DNA from: Octopus vulgaris
Taxonomy: Eukaryota
Length of the DNA stretch: 64,000 bases
Direction of reading: 5' to 3'
Assembly: GCA_951406725.2 (NCBI GenBank)
Contig: OX597833.1
Span: 19,220,001 to 19,284,000, forward strand
Below are positions 25,151 to 37,272 of the stretch, piece after piece (position 1 is the first letter of the stretch; each line of letters begins with the position of its first letter). A model generated the notes under the pieces. The model was not told the origin of the DNA. It did not search any database and saw only the letters and a program-made list of their open reading frames with translations. The position numbers and the translations under genes were made by a program.

Positions 25151-25628
25151 AATATGTATATATACATATACATAAATATATGTATGCATAGATATTTTTT
25201 ATATATCTTATGTACATATGTGTGTGTGTGTGTGTGTGTGTGCGCACGTGCATGCGTGTGTGTATCCTCTCAATTCTGATTTAAGCTTTTCTTCTCTGAA
25301 AAGCTGAAAACAGAATCAAGATTAACGGCAGCAGCAACAGCTGCTCAAGAATTTGGACCTGGAGATCTCCATTTCCAGCGACTTCGAGGGCCACCTCCCA
25401 GTGGTGTCGGGCGTCAATGAAGAGCCCTCGACTACAACAAGACGACCAAAGTTTTTTGTTTTTTCTCAAGGTCTGGAGTCTCCTGCCCCTAAGCTCTAGA
25501 CCATCACCTAATCACCATACACCTGTCTTGTTGCTTAACAACAAGCAACAGCAACAACAAGATGACAACGACGACGACAACAACAACAAAAACAACAACA
25601 ACAACAGCATCAGAACTATATACCTTAC

Positions 25629-25721
25629 CTGCATTCACATAGTTCAACTTAGAAAAGTCAAGACCTGGACAAGATTCTTTCATTTGGCATTCAGTTACAT
25701 TTGGCAGACTACCTTCCAAAT
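25629..25721 (-). CDS. Host gene exon ((D)LEGSLPNVTECQMKESCPGLDFSKLNYVNA)
   Basis: Acceptor TTATAATTAACAG|, strong donor CAG|GTAAGG. 93 nt, phase 1 to 1, open. Confidence 0.7.
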
Positions 25722-26010
25722 CTGTTAATTATAACATATAAGCATATATACATAAATGTGTGTGTGTGTGCATATGTATGTATGTATGTATGTATATATA
25801 TATATGTGCGTGTGTGTGTGTGTGTATAGGGAGAATTCACGAAAAAAGCAAGAGGAAGACAAGTGATGTAGAAAATAAACAGATGTATTAGTATAAGACT
25901 CGGGTATTGAAAGTCTTTAACGTTTCGAGCCTACGCTCTTCCACAGAAAGGAACACAAAGAAACAAGGAGAGAAAAAAAAATGTGTGTAGTGGCGATATA
26001 TACATACATA

Positions 26011-26376
26011 CAAGGGTCGGACAAAATGATAGAAACCCCTAGCATCATAGCATCATAATTATGAAATATCTATAAAACTGTCAAAAGCCAGTTTATTTTT
26101 ATGTTTTTTGATTTATTATTAGTGTTGCTTAATATGTTTTGCTAAAATTGCTGTTTCTTTTCAGATATCATTAGAAAAAAGTAATTAAAATTCATTAAAA
26201 TTACAGATCTATTGGACTTTCAAAGAGGTCAAGTTCTTGGTGCTCGTAAGGCACTTTATATGAGTCCATACCTTGTAGAATTCAAGCTGTAATTACTGCC
26301 AAAGGCGGTTCTGCCCCATATTAAAATTAATTTGTTTGAAATTTTAAGGTGTTTCCATTATTTTGTTCAACCCCTG
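26011..26376. mobile_element. Tc1-like MITE
   Basis: TA|CAAGGGTCGGACAAAATGATAGAAAC ... GTTTCCATTATTTTGTTCAACCCCTG|TA. Confidence 0.8.
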
Positions 26377-26384
26377 TATATATG

Positions 26385-26428
<44 letters not shown>

Positions 26429-26539
26429 GAGAGAGAGAGCAAGAGAGAGAGAGAGGTAGGTTGGTTGGTTGGTAGGTAGGTAGGTAGGTAGGTAGGTAGG
26501 TAGGTAGGTAGATAGATAGATAGATAGATATACATGCGT

Positions 26540-28990
26540 ATATCAGTTGAATAAAGTTAAAACATGGTCTAGTTTTTATGCTTTTTATTATGGTATTTTA
26601 ACATCAAAAAATATTTTGTAATGTTAATAAAGTTCAATTAGCACTTTTATATGTTCATAGTAATCATCAGATTTCAAAATGTATTTAACTGACAGTCAAG
26701 TTCTTGACAATTGTAGTACCTCTTAGAATGCTCCAACAAGCTGAATTTTTGGAATACAGTTTTAACCAATCAGCATGCAGCTTGAATGTCACAGTATGCC
26801 GGTCGTACTGATATTCTGTAATTTGTTTATATTCATATGTTAAAGACATTTTTTTAATTCACATCATTAACTGGTTATTATATATTTGTTATTTCCATTC
26901 AGAACAGGTTTGAACATTTTAATAAACCATTTTCTTTTATCTTTCTTCCAACCTCACTTGTGTCATGTAGTTTGTGGAAAGGAAAAATTAGAAACATTCT
27001 CTGACCATAGGTTTCTATATGTTCACTCAGTGGAATTTGGCGAACATTGGTGTTCTGGATTTATTGTCTCTGGACTCGTGAGCATTCCGATAATGTATTT
27101 CCTGTCTCGCTTATATATTGTTCCTCGCAATTTGGTCATTTAATGCAGCAGATCAAATTTCTGCTTTTGCATTTCATATCTGCATTTGCGAAAATCTGTC
27201 CATTTTTTTTGTTCTATTGATCTACCGGTATGTTTCTATTGACACGTTGCACATCTGTTATTACACTTTGATACTGTAAATGTTTTATCCTGCTTTTTCA
27301 TGTTGAATTTTACCTTTGTTAAAAGTTTCTTTAGGTTATGTGGTTGCCTTTTGCTTAAGATAAATTTTTTGATTAGTTATGATTTTAAAAAAAATTTTTC
27401 ACTTTGTTTTATGATTGGCACATTTGTTTTGATGATGTTAAAAATCTTTTGGTGGTGCGGATTGTGTTTTACTAGAAATGGTATTTTGTTCCATTGATGG
27501 GTTAGTCTTTTTCTAAGTTCTATAGCTATCCCATTTGCTTGTTGTATGCTATCTTTATACATAAAACTGAAGTTGTGTGTGTGTCTGTCTACTCCGATTT
27601 AGATTCCTAACTACTTCCACATTTTGCGGTGCAGTTTAACCAAAAGCGGGTATCTTATAGTCATGATTCATATCGAGCCCTTCTGGGTATTAACGCGCAT
27701 CTACGATGAGTCTACGATTTTAAAAAAGTTTACTATCATTTTCCGCATTTTTAATGCATTTTTTGCTTGGTTTATATAAGGGAAGTAACTCTCTAAAAAT
27801 GCTTATATAGTTATTTCCCTTACAAACCTGAGCAACGCCAGGCAATACTGCTAGTTTTCTATAAGTAGGAGAGTGTAATTTTGCTTGAGCAGAAATCTTT
27901 AATGTTCTACAAGTTCTGTATTTCTGGTATTTAGATCATCTACTATAGTACAAATTTTCTTGGCTAGACAGTACGGGATGTTGCGTTTCGTGTGTGTTGG
28001 GTGGCATGATTTGAAATATAGATACTTGCATGTATCTGTGCTTTTATAATAAGTATCACTTGTGATTGTGTTGTTTTTAATTACCATTAGAAATGGTAAT
28101 CGTGTATTGCTCATTTCTCTTCTGAATTTTAGACTAGGATGTAGATTGTTGAGGAGGGTGCTGAATTCTTCCAGAGTTTCTATGGGTTTGACCCAAATTA
28201 GGAAACAATCATCAAAGTATCTTTTCCATGTGTCCTCTTTTAAAGGTCATGCTGTAGTTCTCTTCAATTTTTTTATGTAGATTTTGTTCCAAGTATCCCA
28301 ATACTGAGTTTGCGAAAACTGGAGAAAATCACGACCCCATAGCTGTGTCTTGAATATGGAGATAGGTTTTTTTCCATTGAAAAGGAATGTATTGTTTTCG
28401 AAGATGTGGCTGACCGCGTCTAGAATGAAGGTTACAGTAAATCTACTGGGGATCGCTTCTCTATGTCTCTCGACCCAATATTTTATGGCAGTAATTCCCA
28501 GATCATGTGGAATATTCGTCTATAAGTTTGTAACATCAAAACTAACAATGAATTGGATTCTGTAATTTTGGGCACATGTGATAGGAAAACGATGTCATCC
28601 CGAATGAAACTGGGTATGTGACTGCATAATGGTTTTAGGATAATGTCAATGAGGTTTCTCAGACGATGTGTAGGACAGGCTGGACCTGCTATAAGGGGTC
28701 TTTTGGTTGTAGTAGTTTTATATATTCACTACCTTGTTCCTTTATGGCATTTTGAATTTCTTTTGACTTATGTGTTTTAGGTAAGCCATAGAAGCTGCTG
28801 GATTTCGACTCAAAATTATCAATTAAATACATTTTGAAATTTGAAGATTACTACGAAAGTATGAAAGCTCTAATTCAACTTTATGAGCATTACAAATATT
28901 ATGAACTTTATGAACATTGCAAAATATATATTTTTTTAATGGTAAAATACCATAATAAAAAAACGTGAAAACCAGGCCATTCAACTGATA
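26540..28990 (-). mobile_element. Decayed Penelope-like element with an inverted copy of its 3' terminal repeat at its 5' end
   Basis: RT remnants (RYFDDCFLIW, YYKSTDTCKYLYFKSCHPTHTKRNIPY) and a decayed C-terminus. About 26540-26690 and 28822-28990 are diverged inverted repeats. Confidence 0.75.
27552..27854 (+). mobile_element. Non-autonomous Helitron inside the Penelope element
   Basis: A|TC...hairpin...CTAG|T. Confidence 0.8.
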
Positions 28991-29031
28991 TATTATTCTA
29001 TACATATTCACAAAAATTCAGAAAAAACATG

Positions 29032-29092
<61 letters not shown>

Positions 29093-29094
<2 letters not shown>

Positions 29095-29680
29095 TCACAA
29101 TCAAGGAATGGCCATAATAGGCCATTCACCCACTAGAAATAACAGCCAAAGCTTCAACCGCAAAATAACATTAATTCCGCAAACCAGGAGAAAATTAAAA
29201 AAACATTTACCCTGTAATTTCTTATACGATGCACCGTTTCATCTATTGTTTAATGGTAAACTAACCTGATTAAATTAAATCAAGCCAATCTTCCATAGGC
29301 CGATAGATTCGTCAGTAAGAACAGCCAGATCCGAGCAGATATTATCACGAGGCACCTCTATCCCTGCCTCGGCAATATCTGACCTAAAATTTTCAAATCA
29401 TCGCACTCGCGCCAAATTTATCGGCAGCAAATATAAGCCGCCGATTCCATTACGGAAATAACCAGAAAATTCATAATTAATCAATATAGGGTGGCAAAAA
29501 ATTTTGTAGAATTTATTTGCCACCAGCGGCCTAGTGGGAAAAAATTAAATAGTCATAGACCATTTATAAGTTCAACATCACAATCAAGGAATGGCCATAA
29601 TAGGCCATTCACCCACTAGAAATAACAGCCAAAGCTTCAACCGCAAAATAACATTAATTCCGCAAACCAGGAGAAAATTA
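29093..29680 (-). mobile_element. Retrozyme-like unit (period 483, 105-bp terminal direct repeat)
   Basis: 29093-29197 equals 29576-29680. No ORF. Contains an HHR. Its 3' end abuts (TA)n. Confidence 0.7.
29219..29321 (-). ncRNA. Type I hammerhead ribozyme
   Basis: Minus strand: TTCTTA-CTGACGA-[ATCTAT...ATAGAT]-GAAA-CGGTGCATCG-TA-TAAGAA. Complete core and three stems, GUA cleavage triplet. Confidence 0.85.
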
Positions 29681-29911
29681 TATATAATACACATACACAA
29701 ATATTCTACACTGATGATGAGAAATAAGTAAGTAAATATACTTTTTAACTCCTATTTCTAAATTAGGTATTTGGTGAAGCAATTAGCTGACCCCTAATTA
29801 TAATTAAGTTTATAATTATAGAATATTTGTGTAGTTTTACCTAAAAATGTTGTTTTAATGTACTGATCTACTTGGTAAAATTATTAATTAATTAATTTTA
29901 TCCTTTTATTA

Positions 29912-29982
<71 letters not shown>

Positions 29983-30049
29983 GATAGATAGATATACATA
30001 TATATTTACATACTTATATACACATATATATGTATATATGTATGTGTGT

Positions 30050-30082
<33 letters not shown>

Positions 30083-30109
30083 AGTGTCCGTGTGTAAATG
30101 GGTGGGTAT

Positions 30110-31160
30110 TATGCTTTAAGATCATTTTTCCAAAAAGCTGCTGAAACAGCTCGCGATATCAACGATGCGTTTGGCTCAAGAACCAGTAATGAATGTAGAG
30201 CACAATGGTGGTTCAAGAGATTTCGTAGCGGTGACGAGAGTCTTGAAGATGATAAGTGTAGTAATTGACCATCGGATGTTGACAATGATCAACTAAGAGC
30301 CTTAGTGGAAGCCAATCCATGCTCAACTGTTCGAGAGCTTGCTTCTGAATTAGACGTAATGTATACAACAATTTCCAACCACTTGAAAGAGATTGGAAAG
30401 ACAAAAATACTTGAGAAATGAGTGCCACACGAATTGAACGACAACCGAAAAAAAAAAAAAAAAACGCCGTTTTGAAGTGTCGTCTCACCTTCTTTTACTC
30501 AACAAGAACGACCTGTTTCTCGACCGGATTGGGACTTGTGATGAAGAGTGGATTTTTTACGACAGCTGGTGATGCTCAGCTCAGTGGTTGGACACTGACG
30601 AAGCTCCACGGCACTTCCCGAAGCCAAAGTTGCACCAAAAGGTCATGGTGACCGTTTGGTGGTCTGCAGCCAGTCTCATCCATCATAGCTTTTTGGATCC
30701 AGACGAAACCATTATGGTGAATTACTGTCAGCAAATGCATGATATGCATAAGAAACTACACAACAACAGCCAGCATTGGTCAATAGAAAAGAACCAATTC
30801 TTCTCCACGACAACGCTAGGCCGCACATCGCACAACTGACCCTGCAGAAGTTGAACGAATTGGGCTACGAAACTGTCTTATCCGCCATACTCACCAGACC
30901 TCTCGCCTACCAACTACCACTTTTTCAAGCATCTCGACAACTTCCTGCGTGAGAAATGCTTTAAAAACCAAGACGATGCCAAACACGTCTTCAACGACTT
31001 CATCGCCACCAGAATGTAGAATTTTTACGCTACAGGCATAAATAAACTTTTTTTTGTGTTGGCAAAAGTGTATTGATTCTGATGGTGTTTATTTCAATTA
31101 ACAAAGTTTTGTTTGAGCCGAGATATGTGCATCTGAATTTAAAGGTTAAAAACCGCAAGA
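30110..31160 (+). mobile_element. Decayed mariner element (Hsmar1/cecropia-like transposase)
   Basis: KAAETARDINDAFG, QWWFKRFRSGDESLED, *VPHEL, KVMVTVWWS, HDNARPH and YSPDLSPTNYHFFKHLDNFL, with frameshifts. Confidence 0.9.
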
Positions 31161-31287
31161 GCTAATACTTCTGATAATACTCTGGCTACGATCAAGCTCA
31201 AAGCAACGTCAGAAAGCATCAGACAGTTACTGTAACTTTCATGGGAACTGTGGTACATTCGGCATGTATGTATGTATGTATGTATGT

Positions 31288-31778
31288 ATTCCAGACACAC
31301 AGATCCTGAGGACAGCTGATACCTTGAGTATTGAGGCGATGGTGCACAAGTACCGGTTGCGTTGGACTGGACGCCTTATTAGAATGGAGGATAGAAGGAT
31401 TCTTAAGCAGATGCTCTATGGAGAACTTGTGAATGGAAGGAGACTCTGGCAGAAACCAAGGCTGTGATTTAAGGACTGTGTCAAGTCCTCATTAAAGGCC
31501 TGTGATATGCAGGACACTGACTGGGAGAACAATGCCTGTCATCGCCACAGACGGAGGAAGCAGGTTAAGGAGGGGATCGACACTTTTGAGAGAGCACGTA
31601 TCCAGCATGAAGAACTTAAGCTTGGTCTGCAATGTTTGAAGTCGTGTATGCTTGTCAAGAGCAGGTCTCATTATCCACCATCGAAGCTGCAAATGCAAAA
31701 TATAAGTTAGTCCTAGGACGCACAATGTTCCTGAAGGTCGGCAATGGTCTTCCTCGGTCACGAGTGGACGGCCATCAT
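31288..31778 (+). mobile_element. RTE/Bov-B-like LINE 3' fragment (second family)
   Basis: LRWTGRLIRMEDRRILKQMLYGEL..GRR...KPRL. An inverted copy of its 3' end lies at 37910-38222. Confidence 0.85.
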
Positions 31779-32264
31779 GTATGTATGTATGTATGTATGT
31801 ATGTATGTATGTATGTATATATGTATATATGTATGCATGCATGCTTGCTTTATCTATGGGTGTGTGTTTTTGGTTTGTTTATTTATCAGTGTTGGAGCAC
31901 CTTTATTCATTGATTTAACTTAGAGGGAGGGCAGTGCCTATGGCCTCCGCAGACTCACTAGGATTGGTGAGATCGATGTGGTTAATGCACCCCTTTCACA
32001 GTTACAAGTTGACGATTGCAGTAAAAGCATAGGCAAGAAATGAATTCCAGCGAGTGGGAGAGGCTCAAGGAAGAAAAAAAAACTGTTAGAAGTGGCAAGT
32101 GCAGTCGTCCTGACTGATGGCATTACATAAGTGACAATAAAGTGAGAGACAAGTGAGTTGGGAGCGCTCGAGTGTATGTTTTTTCTCAGTGTGTGTATGT
32201 GTATGAGCACATGACTCGCTGTTAGCATGCAATAAAAACAATCTTGGCTGTCTTAACAACTTAC

Positions 32265-32349
32265 CACAGTTGCTGATCATAAACCGGATAGATCGAGGCG
32301 TTATAGGAGCAAAAAAATTCAAGTTCATAATCTCATGTTTCACGGGTAA
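32265..32349 (-). CDS. Host gene exon (LPVKHEIMNLNFFAPITPRSIRFMISNC)
   Basis: Acceptor TGTTTTTAGCTGACAG|, donor TG|GTAAGT. 85 nt, phase 0 to 1, open. The AG 7 nt upstream would not be compatible. Confidence 0.65.
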
Positions 32350-32477
32350 CTGTCAGCTAAAAACATAGGCACAAAGGTGTATAATTTCATAAGAATTTGC
32401 GCAGCATTTGTGTATTTAACCAGTCAGATAGAAAAGATATAAATGGATAAAGTATGAGTGTATATAATGTATTTATG

Positions 32478-32526
<49 letters not shown>

Positions 32527-32963
32527 TCGGCATAAGAGACCGATAGAATAAGTACTAGGCTTACAAAGAATAAGTCCTGGGATCGATTTCCTCGACTAAA
32601 GGCGGTGCTCCAGCATGGCCACAGTCAAATGACTGAAACAAGTAAATGAGTAAAAGAGTATCTAATTTATTTTGGGATTTCAATAAATTTCAATATCGTA
32701 ATACCTTGAATTCCATTTTCTATCCAGAGGTGAGTTTCATGAATTTGGGTAGAATAGTTTGCCAGCATGTCTTCAAGAGATTTTACCTCGAACGAAAACT
32801 ATAACTACTCAAATTTCAACAGTGTATTCTCTTAATCTTTTACTCGTTTCAGCCATGTGGTTGTGGTCATGCTGGAGCAAGTGTGATACATAGGTGGATA
32901 TGTGTATGTGTGTGTGTGTTTTGTGTGTGTGATTTGTGTGTGTGTGTATTTTTTAATCTTTTA

Positions 32964-33421
32964 CTAGCAGTATCACCCGGCGTTGCTCGGGTTTGTTTCG
33001 ACTCTTTAGAATTGGAATTTTTGAAAAGTAAAAATTTTGCATTATGTAGCTTGTTATTCTCTTTAAGTGTACATTATTCTGGTTGAAATACACCGAAAAA
33101 TGGCGACACAGTAGTCAAAAAATCGTAAAAGATAGAGATTTTCATAGAAGGGAAATAACTATGTAATCATTTTTAGAGTTATTTCTCTTATATAAACCAA
33201 GCAAAAAAATGCATTAAAAAGGCGAAAAAATGATGGTAAATTTTTTTATCATCGTAGACTCATCGTAGACGCGTGCTAATACCCAGAAGGGCTCGATATG
33301 AATCACGACTATAAGATACCCGCTTTTGGTTAAACTGCAACGCAAAATGTGGGAGTAATTAGGAATCTAAATCGGAGGAGACTGACTCTCACACACACAA
33401 CTTCAGTTTTATATATAAAGA
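32964..33421 (-). mobile_element. Non-autonomous Helitron
   Basis: Same termini as the other copies, with an extra internal segment. Confidence 0.8.
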
Positions 33422-33845
33422 TTTGTTTCAGTCATTAGACTGCGGCCATGCTGGGGCACCGCCTTGAAGAATTTAAAGTCAAATGAATCGACCCCAGGAC
33501 TTATTGTTTTTTAAAAGCCAGGTACTTATTCTGATAGTCTCTTTTGCCGAACCAGCAAGTTACGGGAAGATAAACACACCAACACTAGTTGGCAAGCAGT
33601 GGTGGGGGATAAACACACACACACACACACACATACACACACACACACAACGCATACACACACATACAGACACACACACGCACATACACACACTCATACG
33701 TGTATATAGGACGAGCTTCATTAGTCTCTGTTAGCCAAACCCACCCGTAAGGGTTTGGTTGGCCCCAGGCTATTGTAGAAAACACTTGCTCATGGAACCA
33801 TGCAGTGGGATTGAACCCGGGACCATATGTTTAGGAAGCAAACAG
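33422..33845 (-). mobile_element. SINE family B (diverged)
   Basis: Reverse complement of the family B body and tail. Confidence 0.75.
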
Positions 33846-33986
33846 ACAGTCAGGCAATAAGACAGGTAGGTAGGTAAGTAGGTAGGTAAACAGTCAAACT
33901 GGCGGGGAAACAGACAGACGGAAAGGCAGGCAGACAGACAGACAAACAGACAGACAAACAGACAGACAGACAAACAGACAGACAGG

Positions 33987-34042
<56 letters not shown>

Positions 34043-34131
34043 CAGATGGACAGACAATCAGATGGGCGGGTGGTCAGACAGACAAACAGACAGGTAGGCA
34101 GGCAGGCAGACAGGCAGGCAGACAGACAGAC

Positions 34132-34190
<59 letters not shown>

Positions 34191-34223
34191 AAGATAGATA
34201 GATAGATAGATAGGTAACTTTAC

Positions 34224-34417
34224 TTTGATGTTATCAAGCTTGGTTTCGCTTGTCACAGTTAATGCAGTTAACTGTCCAATGTAAGATAAGTCGACATTCA
34301 TTTTCGTGTTTCCTGATTGGAACAGGATGTTGGTGCTAGTTGCCTGCGTTCCCTCAAATTTTAGGAGAAGACTGCTATTCTTGTACACAGCTTCCCGATG
34401 AACTATCAAAGTATTGC
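34224..34417 (-). CDS. Host gene exon ((G)[10 protein letters not shown]...TKLDNIK)
   Basis: Acceptor AGTTTCTTTATAG|, donor AAA|GTAAAG (moderate). 194 nt, phase 1 to 0, open. Confidence 0.65.
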
Positions 34418-34470
34418 CTATAAAGAAACTCAAATTAAATTATTCATAACCAAGACTAGAAATAAATGTT

Positions 34471-34518
<48 letters not shown>

Positions 34519-35352
34519 TAGTTGAATGAATTATCTTAATATACGTTTATATATTTGTTGTGCAAGATTTTTTATGCGAAGTTGTGTGTTGAAACAGATA
34601 TTGTTATGTTTCGGAATGGTCATTTTGCCAGTTTAGCCAATAAAAACACACACACTATATATTTGGTGTTATTTTGCTTCAGTGTTATTTATTTTTTACA
34701 TTAATATTAATCTTATTTCGGCCAGAGTTCTTTCGTCACACTCCTGTGACCGCATCAGTGGTTCTTTGTTTTCTTCTTTCTTATTTGTGTCTCTCCTTAC
34801 TAACCGTCAGCCATTTTGTATTTCTATTGTATGTCTTCATTTGCGCATGCTTATATCTCTATGTGCGTCTATGTTTATTTAGTGTGTATATGTGGGGGGA
34901 TGCCAGTAATATTTGTATCTTCTGTTTATATACATTCATGTAATTTGTTGTTGTTGTTGTTTTTGCCACTTAGCCCACTGCTCCAGAGACAGACCAGCAC
35001 ATAAAATCAAGGAAAATTGCATATTTTTCGAAAAATGAAGGTCGTGTGTAGACAAAGATCCTAATGTGATTGGTGAAAACGAATGGCATATCTGGATTCA
35101 ACACGAAAAAGTTCTTCAGAAACACTATTCAACAGAAATATTTCCATCCTCAAATTCTGTAGACCTGTCTAAACAATCCAACATTATATGCTAAAAGATA
35201 TATTGTTAGAAAAGGATATTGTAAGAAAAGTGGAAGTGCTAATCTTGTCTCTAACTATAATAAAGAAAATGACCAAATCGTAAAGCATACAAAAACGCAA
35301 ATCTTTACAAAGTGTAAAATAAAAAAAACAAGAAAATTATATCTGAACGCAC

Positions 35353-35428
35353 CCTTGCCTTGGTACCAAGTAATCAGTAGCATTACTATTATTTTCTTGA
35401 GGAGTCTCCGTTCTGATACCGTAGACAT
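35353..35428 (-). CDS. Host gene first coding exon, signal-peptide-like (MSTVSERRLLKKIIVMLLITWYQGK); exon starts at 35437
   Basis: Acceptor TTCTTTTATTCATATTATAG|, ATG 9 nt downstream, donor G|GTGCGT, phase 1. Confidence 0.6.
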
Positions 35429-35537
35429 CTTTGTTACCTATAATATGAATAAAAGAATTATTTCGATTAGATCTGAAGTGCATTGTTCTAATTAATAGAT
35501 GTCAAATCAGTAATTTTTTAAAGTGATATATACTTAT

Positions 35538-35740
35538 AAGGTGGCGAGCTGAAAGAATCATTAGCATATTGGACAAAATGCTTAGTGGCATTTCTTCCGG
35601 CTTCTTTGCATTCTGAGTTCAAATCCTGCCGAGGTCAACTCTGCCTGTCATCCCTTCAAAAATCAATAAAATAAAGTACCGTCAAGTTCTAGAGTCGATT
35701 ACATTGACTTGTCCTCTCGCCTTAAAATTGCTGGCCTTGC
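35538..35740 (+). mobile_element. SINE family A (diverged)
   Basis: GGTGGCGAGCTGAAAGAATC...TTCTGAGTTCAAATCCTGCCGAGGTCAAC. Confidence 0.75.
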
Positions 35741-35767
35741 ACTCTCCAACAGATCGGCGTTCCATCC

Positions 35768-36489
35768 AGGCAATTCGTTGCTAAACCCTTAATTGCTTAG
35801 TATTACTTAAATTTTCCTCGTATGAGGCTTTTACATGCCGAAATCTACTTGGTGTAATTAATAATTATTCCAAATTAATTAATTTCACCCTTTATTGTTA
35901 CTGATAACCATATTTTATCCCAGTAAATGACCACAGCATCTTGTCTTGGCTACACGCGGGTGGAAGGGGGCTGGTGACACAAACTTTCATTCACACTTTG
36001 AATTTCGTGGTACTGGTAATGTTTTGGCTCGCTCTGACACTGAGTTGAGATGATGCCTTCTAGTATCTCAAAATTTAATATACAATTATTCATAATTGTA
36101 GTATCCTACGCTGATGAGAAAAGAAGTTTGGGTAAGGTAGAATTATCTAATTCTTATGCTTTCCTAAAACTTGATTTCGAAACGTACGTCCGTAGGTGAC
36201 TTAAAATTGTATGATAGATTGCCGTCATTTCATTCTCTCTTACCTGTCTGTGTTTGCCATTCAAGTGCTGTATTTTTACTGAGATCTCCCTTTTAGTAGA
36301 AAGAATAGCTATAACTCTTTGACTGCTATTTCTAAATTCGGTGTGTGGTAAGGCAATTCGTTGCTAAACCCTTAATTGCTTAGTATTACTTAAATTTTCC
36401 TCGTATGAGGCTTTTACATGCCGAAATCTACTTGGTGTAATTAATAATTATTCCAAATTAATTAATTTCACCCTTTATTGTTACTGATA

Positions 36490-36492
<3 letters not shown>
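35768..36492 (+). mobile_element. Retrozyme-like unit (period 583, 142-bp terminal direct repeat)
   Basis: 35768-35909 equals 36351-36492. No ORF. Contains an HHR. Followed by (TA)n. Confidence 0.7.
36105..36196 (+). ncRNA. Type I hammerhead ribozyme
   Basis: CCTACG-CTGATGA-[GAAA...TTTC long stem II]-GAAA-CGTACG-TC-CGTAGG. Predicted cleavage after 36190 (GUC). Confidence 0.9.
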
Positions 36493-36540
<48 letters not shown>

Positions 36541-36559
36541 ATGCGATATGTTTTCTTTT

Positions 36560-36646
36560 GAGGGCTTGAAATAAAGGTCCACAATAAGTGGGTTAACCCT
36601 ATATTAACTCTCACCCACTTATTGTGGACCTTTATCTCAAGCCCTC
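36560..36646. repeat. 87-bp hairpin or minimal MITE
   Basis: GAGGGCTTGAAATAAAGGTCCACAATAAGTGGG pairs with CCCACTTATTGTGGACCTTTATCTCAAGCCCTC with 1 mismatch. Confidence 0.85.
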
Positions 36647-36802
36647 TATGTAAATATATGTGTGTTTGTGTCTACGTGCACGCGGGTGTGTGGGTTTGTG
36701 TATAATTATTATAATTATATAAAAAGAAAAATACAAACTACTACAGTAGTAATCCCTTCTCAACACATGAAATATGTATGTACCTATGGGTATGTTTGTA
36801 CG

Positions 36803-36876
<74 letters not shown>

Positions 36877-36891
36877 TGTATGTATATATAT

Positions 36892-37093
36892 ACTCTTTTA
36901 CTTGTTTCAGTCATTTGACTGCGGCCATGCTGGAGCACCGCCTTTAGTCGATCAAATCGACTCTGGGACTTATTCTTTGTAAGTCCAGTACTTATTTTAT
37001 CGGTCTCTTTTGCCGAACCGCTAAGTGACGGGGACGTAAACACACCAGTATCGCTTGTCAAACAATGCTAGGGGGACAAACACAGACACACAA

Positions 37094-37124
<31 letters not shown>

Positions 37125-37205
37125 CATATATACGACAGGCTTCTTTCAGTTTCCGTCTACCAAATCCACTCACAAGGCATTGTTCGGCCTGGGGCTATAG
37201 CAGAA

Positions 37206-37208
<3 letters not shown>
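36892..37208 (-). mobile_element. SINE family B, 5'-truncated
   Basis: Reverse complement of the family B body and tail. Confidence 0.85.

Positions 37209-37272
<64 letters not shown>

Noticed and set aside
26720-26815. Open phase 1-1 exon candidate on the minus strand (YQYDRHTVTFKL...)
   Set aside because: Weak splice sites, and it lies between the Penelope C-terminus and its terminal repeat, so it is probably element UTR.
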